Assembly (NCBI GenBank): GCA_035292085.1
Contig: DATDQT010000083.1
Location: 12,288 to 76,287, forward strand
Source of the DNA: a bacterium
GTDB lineage: Bacteria > Sysuimicrobiota > Sysuimicrobiia > Sysuimicrobiales > Kaftiobacteriaceae
DNA: 64,000 nucleotides
Direction: 5' to 3'
The notes under the pieces are model-generated. The model saw nothing but the letters and a program-made list of their open reading frames with translations. It made no database searches and was not told where the DNA came from. Both the position numbers and the translations under genes were made by a program. How positions within the stretch are numbered: position 1 is the stretch's first letter; each line of letters opens with the position of its first letter. Below, in pieces: positions 62,188 through 64,000 of the stretch.

Positions 62188-62274
62188 ACCGCACGGCGTC
62201 CCGGCTGCGCGCACCGCGAGTTCGTTGCGGACAGCGGCCCCCAGGACTACAATTCAACCAAGGTAGAACCACTC

Positions 62275-63216
62275 ATGGCCAACCCGCAATTTCCGGAAGA
62301 GGACGCAGAGAAGTTAGCCGCGTTCGAGGCCAAGATTGCCTCGGGGGACCGGCTCGATGCCGGCGAGTGGCTGCCCGCGCAGTACCGCTACGAGTGCCTC
62401 CGCCTGATCCAGATGCATGCCAACTCGGAGTTGATGGGCGCCCTGCCGGAACGGGAGTGGATCCCGCGGGCCCCGACGCTCAACCGCAAGATGGCGCTGG
62501 TCGCCAAAGTCCAGGACGAGGTGGGCCACGCACAGCTGCTGTACCGGGTGGCGGAAGACCTGGGCAAGTCGCGCCGGCAGATGATCGAAGAGCTGCTGTC
62601 GGGCAAGAGCAAGTTCCACAACGTGTTCCACTACCCGGCGCAGACGTGGGCCGACGTCGCGGTGATCCAGGTCTTCGTGGACGGCGCCGCGATGCAGACC
62701 CAGGGATCGCTGCGCGCGTCCAGTTACGCGCCCTATGCGCGGGTGCTCAAACGCATCTGCTACGAAGAGGATTTTCACATCCGGCTGGGGATCGACGTCT
62801 ACCGGACCCTGGCCGAAGGCACCGCCCGGCAGCGCGCGATGCTGCAGGACGCGATCGACCGCTGGTGGCAGCCGATCATGCACTTCTTCGGTCCGCGCGA
62901 TCAGGCGTCGCCGCACCTGGAGACCATGATGCGCTGGCGGATCAAGGTCAAGACCAACGACGAACTCCGCCAGCAGTTTCTCCGGCAGTTCGTGACGCTG
63001 ATCACCGACTACGGGCTGCGCGTGCCGGATCCCCACCTGCGCTGGAACGAGGCGGAGAGCCGCTATGATTACAGCGAGCCCGATTGGGAGGAGTTCAGGC
63101 GCGTGATTCGCGGCGAGGGCCCGAAGTCGGCGGCGCGGCTGGCACTCCGCAACGACTACTGGCGGCGGCACGAGTGGGTGCGCGAGGCCATGGGACACTG
63201 GGGGATGGCGGCATGA
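62275..63216 (+). CDS. paaA: 1,2-phenylacetyl-CoA epoxidase catalytic subunit PaaA
   Basis: 313 aa, di-iron carboxylate type. Contains SELMGALPEREWIPRAPTLNRKMALVAKVQDEVGHAQLLY and YEEDFHIRLG. Confidence 0.8.
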   Translation: MANPQFPEEDAEKLAAFEAKIASGDRLDAGEWLPAQYRYECLRLIQMHANSELMGALPEREWIPRAPTLNRKMALVAKVQDEVGHAQLLYRVAEDLGKSRRQMIEELLSGKSKFHNVFHYPAQTWADVAVIQVFVDGAAMQTQGSLRASSYAPYARVLKRICYEEDFHIRLGIDVYRTLAEGTARQRAMLQDAIDRWWQPIMHFFGPRDQASPHLETMMRWRIKVKTNDELRQQFLRQFVTLITDYGLRVPDPHLRWNEAESRYDYSEPDWEEFRRVIRGEGPKSAARLALRNDYWRRHEWVREAMGHWGMAA

Positions 63217-63749
63217 CGGTCACCGGCGAGGGGTTCACGCCACCACACCTGCACGACTATCTGGTGAAGGCGCGGGCCAGGCTCTTTGACTGGGTACGGC
63301 CGCTGTCGGCCGACCAGTACGCGCGGGAATTCCCGATGGGATTGAAGACGCTGCGGGCGACCATGGTCGAGATCGCCAGCGGCGAGTGGGTGTACACGCG
63401 GCGCCTAAGCGGAGAAGACATGCCCCCGCCCGAGGACCGTCCGTTTACGCGCTTTGCCCACACCGGCTTCGCCGACCTCGAGCCGGTGTGGCAGCGGGAG
63501 ACCGAACGCACCGCCGGCGCGTTGCGGGAGATCGCCGACTGGACTGCGCCGGTGGAGTACGTGGTCAGGCCGGCGGACCGTCCGGCCATCCGGGTGCAGA
63601 CGACGACCGGCGGGATCGCCGCGCAGCTGCTGTTCCATGAGGTGCACCACCGCGCGCAGGCGATGGCGATGCTGCGCCAGCTGGGGATCGCCGCCCAGAA
63701 CCTGGATTTCTCGGTCTTCATGTTCCACCGGACCGACCTCCCCGCCTGA
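63213..63749 (+). CDS. DinB-family protein
   Basis: Trimmed to ATG 63213 (ATGA overlap with the paaA stop). 178 aa, with the C-terminal LLFHEVHHRAQAMAMLRQLG typical of DinB/DUF664-type bundles. Confidence 0.6.
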   Translation: MTVTGEGFTPPHLHDYLVKARARLFDWVRPLSADQYAREFPMGLKTLRATMVEIASGEWVYTRRLSGEDMPPPEDRPFTRFAHTGFADLEPVWQRETERTAGALREIADWTAPVEYVVRPADRPAIRVQTTTGGIAAQLLFHEVHHRAQAMAMLRQLGIAAQNLDFSVFMFHRTDLPA

Positions 63750-63759
63750 GCCCTGGTTC

Positions 63760-64000
63760 ATGCCCGCGCTCTGGCAATTGCTGGGCAAGGACGAGTCCGA
63801 CGCCGCACATCTGTTTGCGGTATTCCGCCAGGACACCAAGAACGATCCGCACGTCCATGTGGGCGACGTCCATGCCACGGATCCGGAGATGGCCCTCGTG
63901 CTCGCCAAGGAGCAGTTCGCCCGCCGCGATCCGTGCGTCAACCTGTGGGTGGTGCCGTATACGGCCGTGGCAGCTACCGCCTACGACGAGGCCGAGATGT
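63760..64000 (+). CDS. paaB: 1,2-phenylacetyl-CoA epoxidase subunit PaaB (3' end beyond the window)
   Basis: Not in the ORF track because the frame runs off the window. Manual translation from ATG 63760: MPALWQLLGKDESDAAHLFAVFRQDTKNDPHVHVGDVHATDPEMALVLAKEQFARRDPCVNLWVVP... This matches the PaaB pattern (VF.R...H.HVGSVHA.D...AL..A...Y.RR....IWVVP). Confidence 0.7.
   Translation, partial: MPALWQLLGKDESDAAHLFAVFRQDTKNDPHVHVGDVHATDPEMALVLAKEQFARRDPCVNLWVVPYTAVAATAYDEAEM

Overview
This is a GC-rich bacterial chromosomal segment (judged by eye, not computed), densely coding on both strands. I call about 80 protein genes, one tRNA-Pro(GGG), an FMN riboswitch, a TPP riboswitch, several long GC-rich hairpins and two small repeat families. 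I saw no rRNA, CRISPR array, transposase or integrase.

Most genes are housekeeping, and their order resembles Firmicutes:
- ilvE-nudix-xerD-deoB-punA-pdp
- scpA-scpB-dac
- cmk-plsC
- ispH-der
- rpmB/recG-rsmD-coaD-yceD-rpmF-fabH-fabD-fabG-acpP-fabF-rnc

There is also an acyl-CoA block (hbd, two DUF35 genes, two thiolase-like genes, ACAD, etfBA, a split acyl-CoA mutase and a thiolase), a sugar-type ABC transporter, ribU and thiT-thiN vitamin modules, and the start of a paa cluster.

Many long ORFs in the six-frame track are Arg/Pro/Gly-rich antisense shadows typical of high-GC DNA. I rejected these, and trimmed several N-terminal extensions to internal starts.

The observations most worth a second look are:
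1. A heavy-metal-associated (HMA) domain ORF between the TPP riboswitch and thiT. Its in-frame TGA falls exactly on the second Cys of the CxxC motif and is followed by a SECIS-like hairpin, making it a candidate CxxU selenoprotein.
2. An FMN riboswitch with near-consensus core strands, in which both partner loops L2 and L6 carry hairpin insertions.
3. Two tandem 68-nt hairpin repeats after rnc that form a chain of ATGA-coupled 23-codon mini-ORFs.
4. A 99-nt perfect-arm hairpin that exactly bridges the pdp stop and the start of a polynucleotide-kinase-like gene.
5. An orphan CoxS/CoxM pair coupled to a cNMP-binding protein and a flavoprotein.
6. A lower-GC hicAB islet next to the tRNA.

All functional calls come from motif and family recognition by eye. 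No database search was run.
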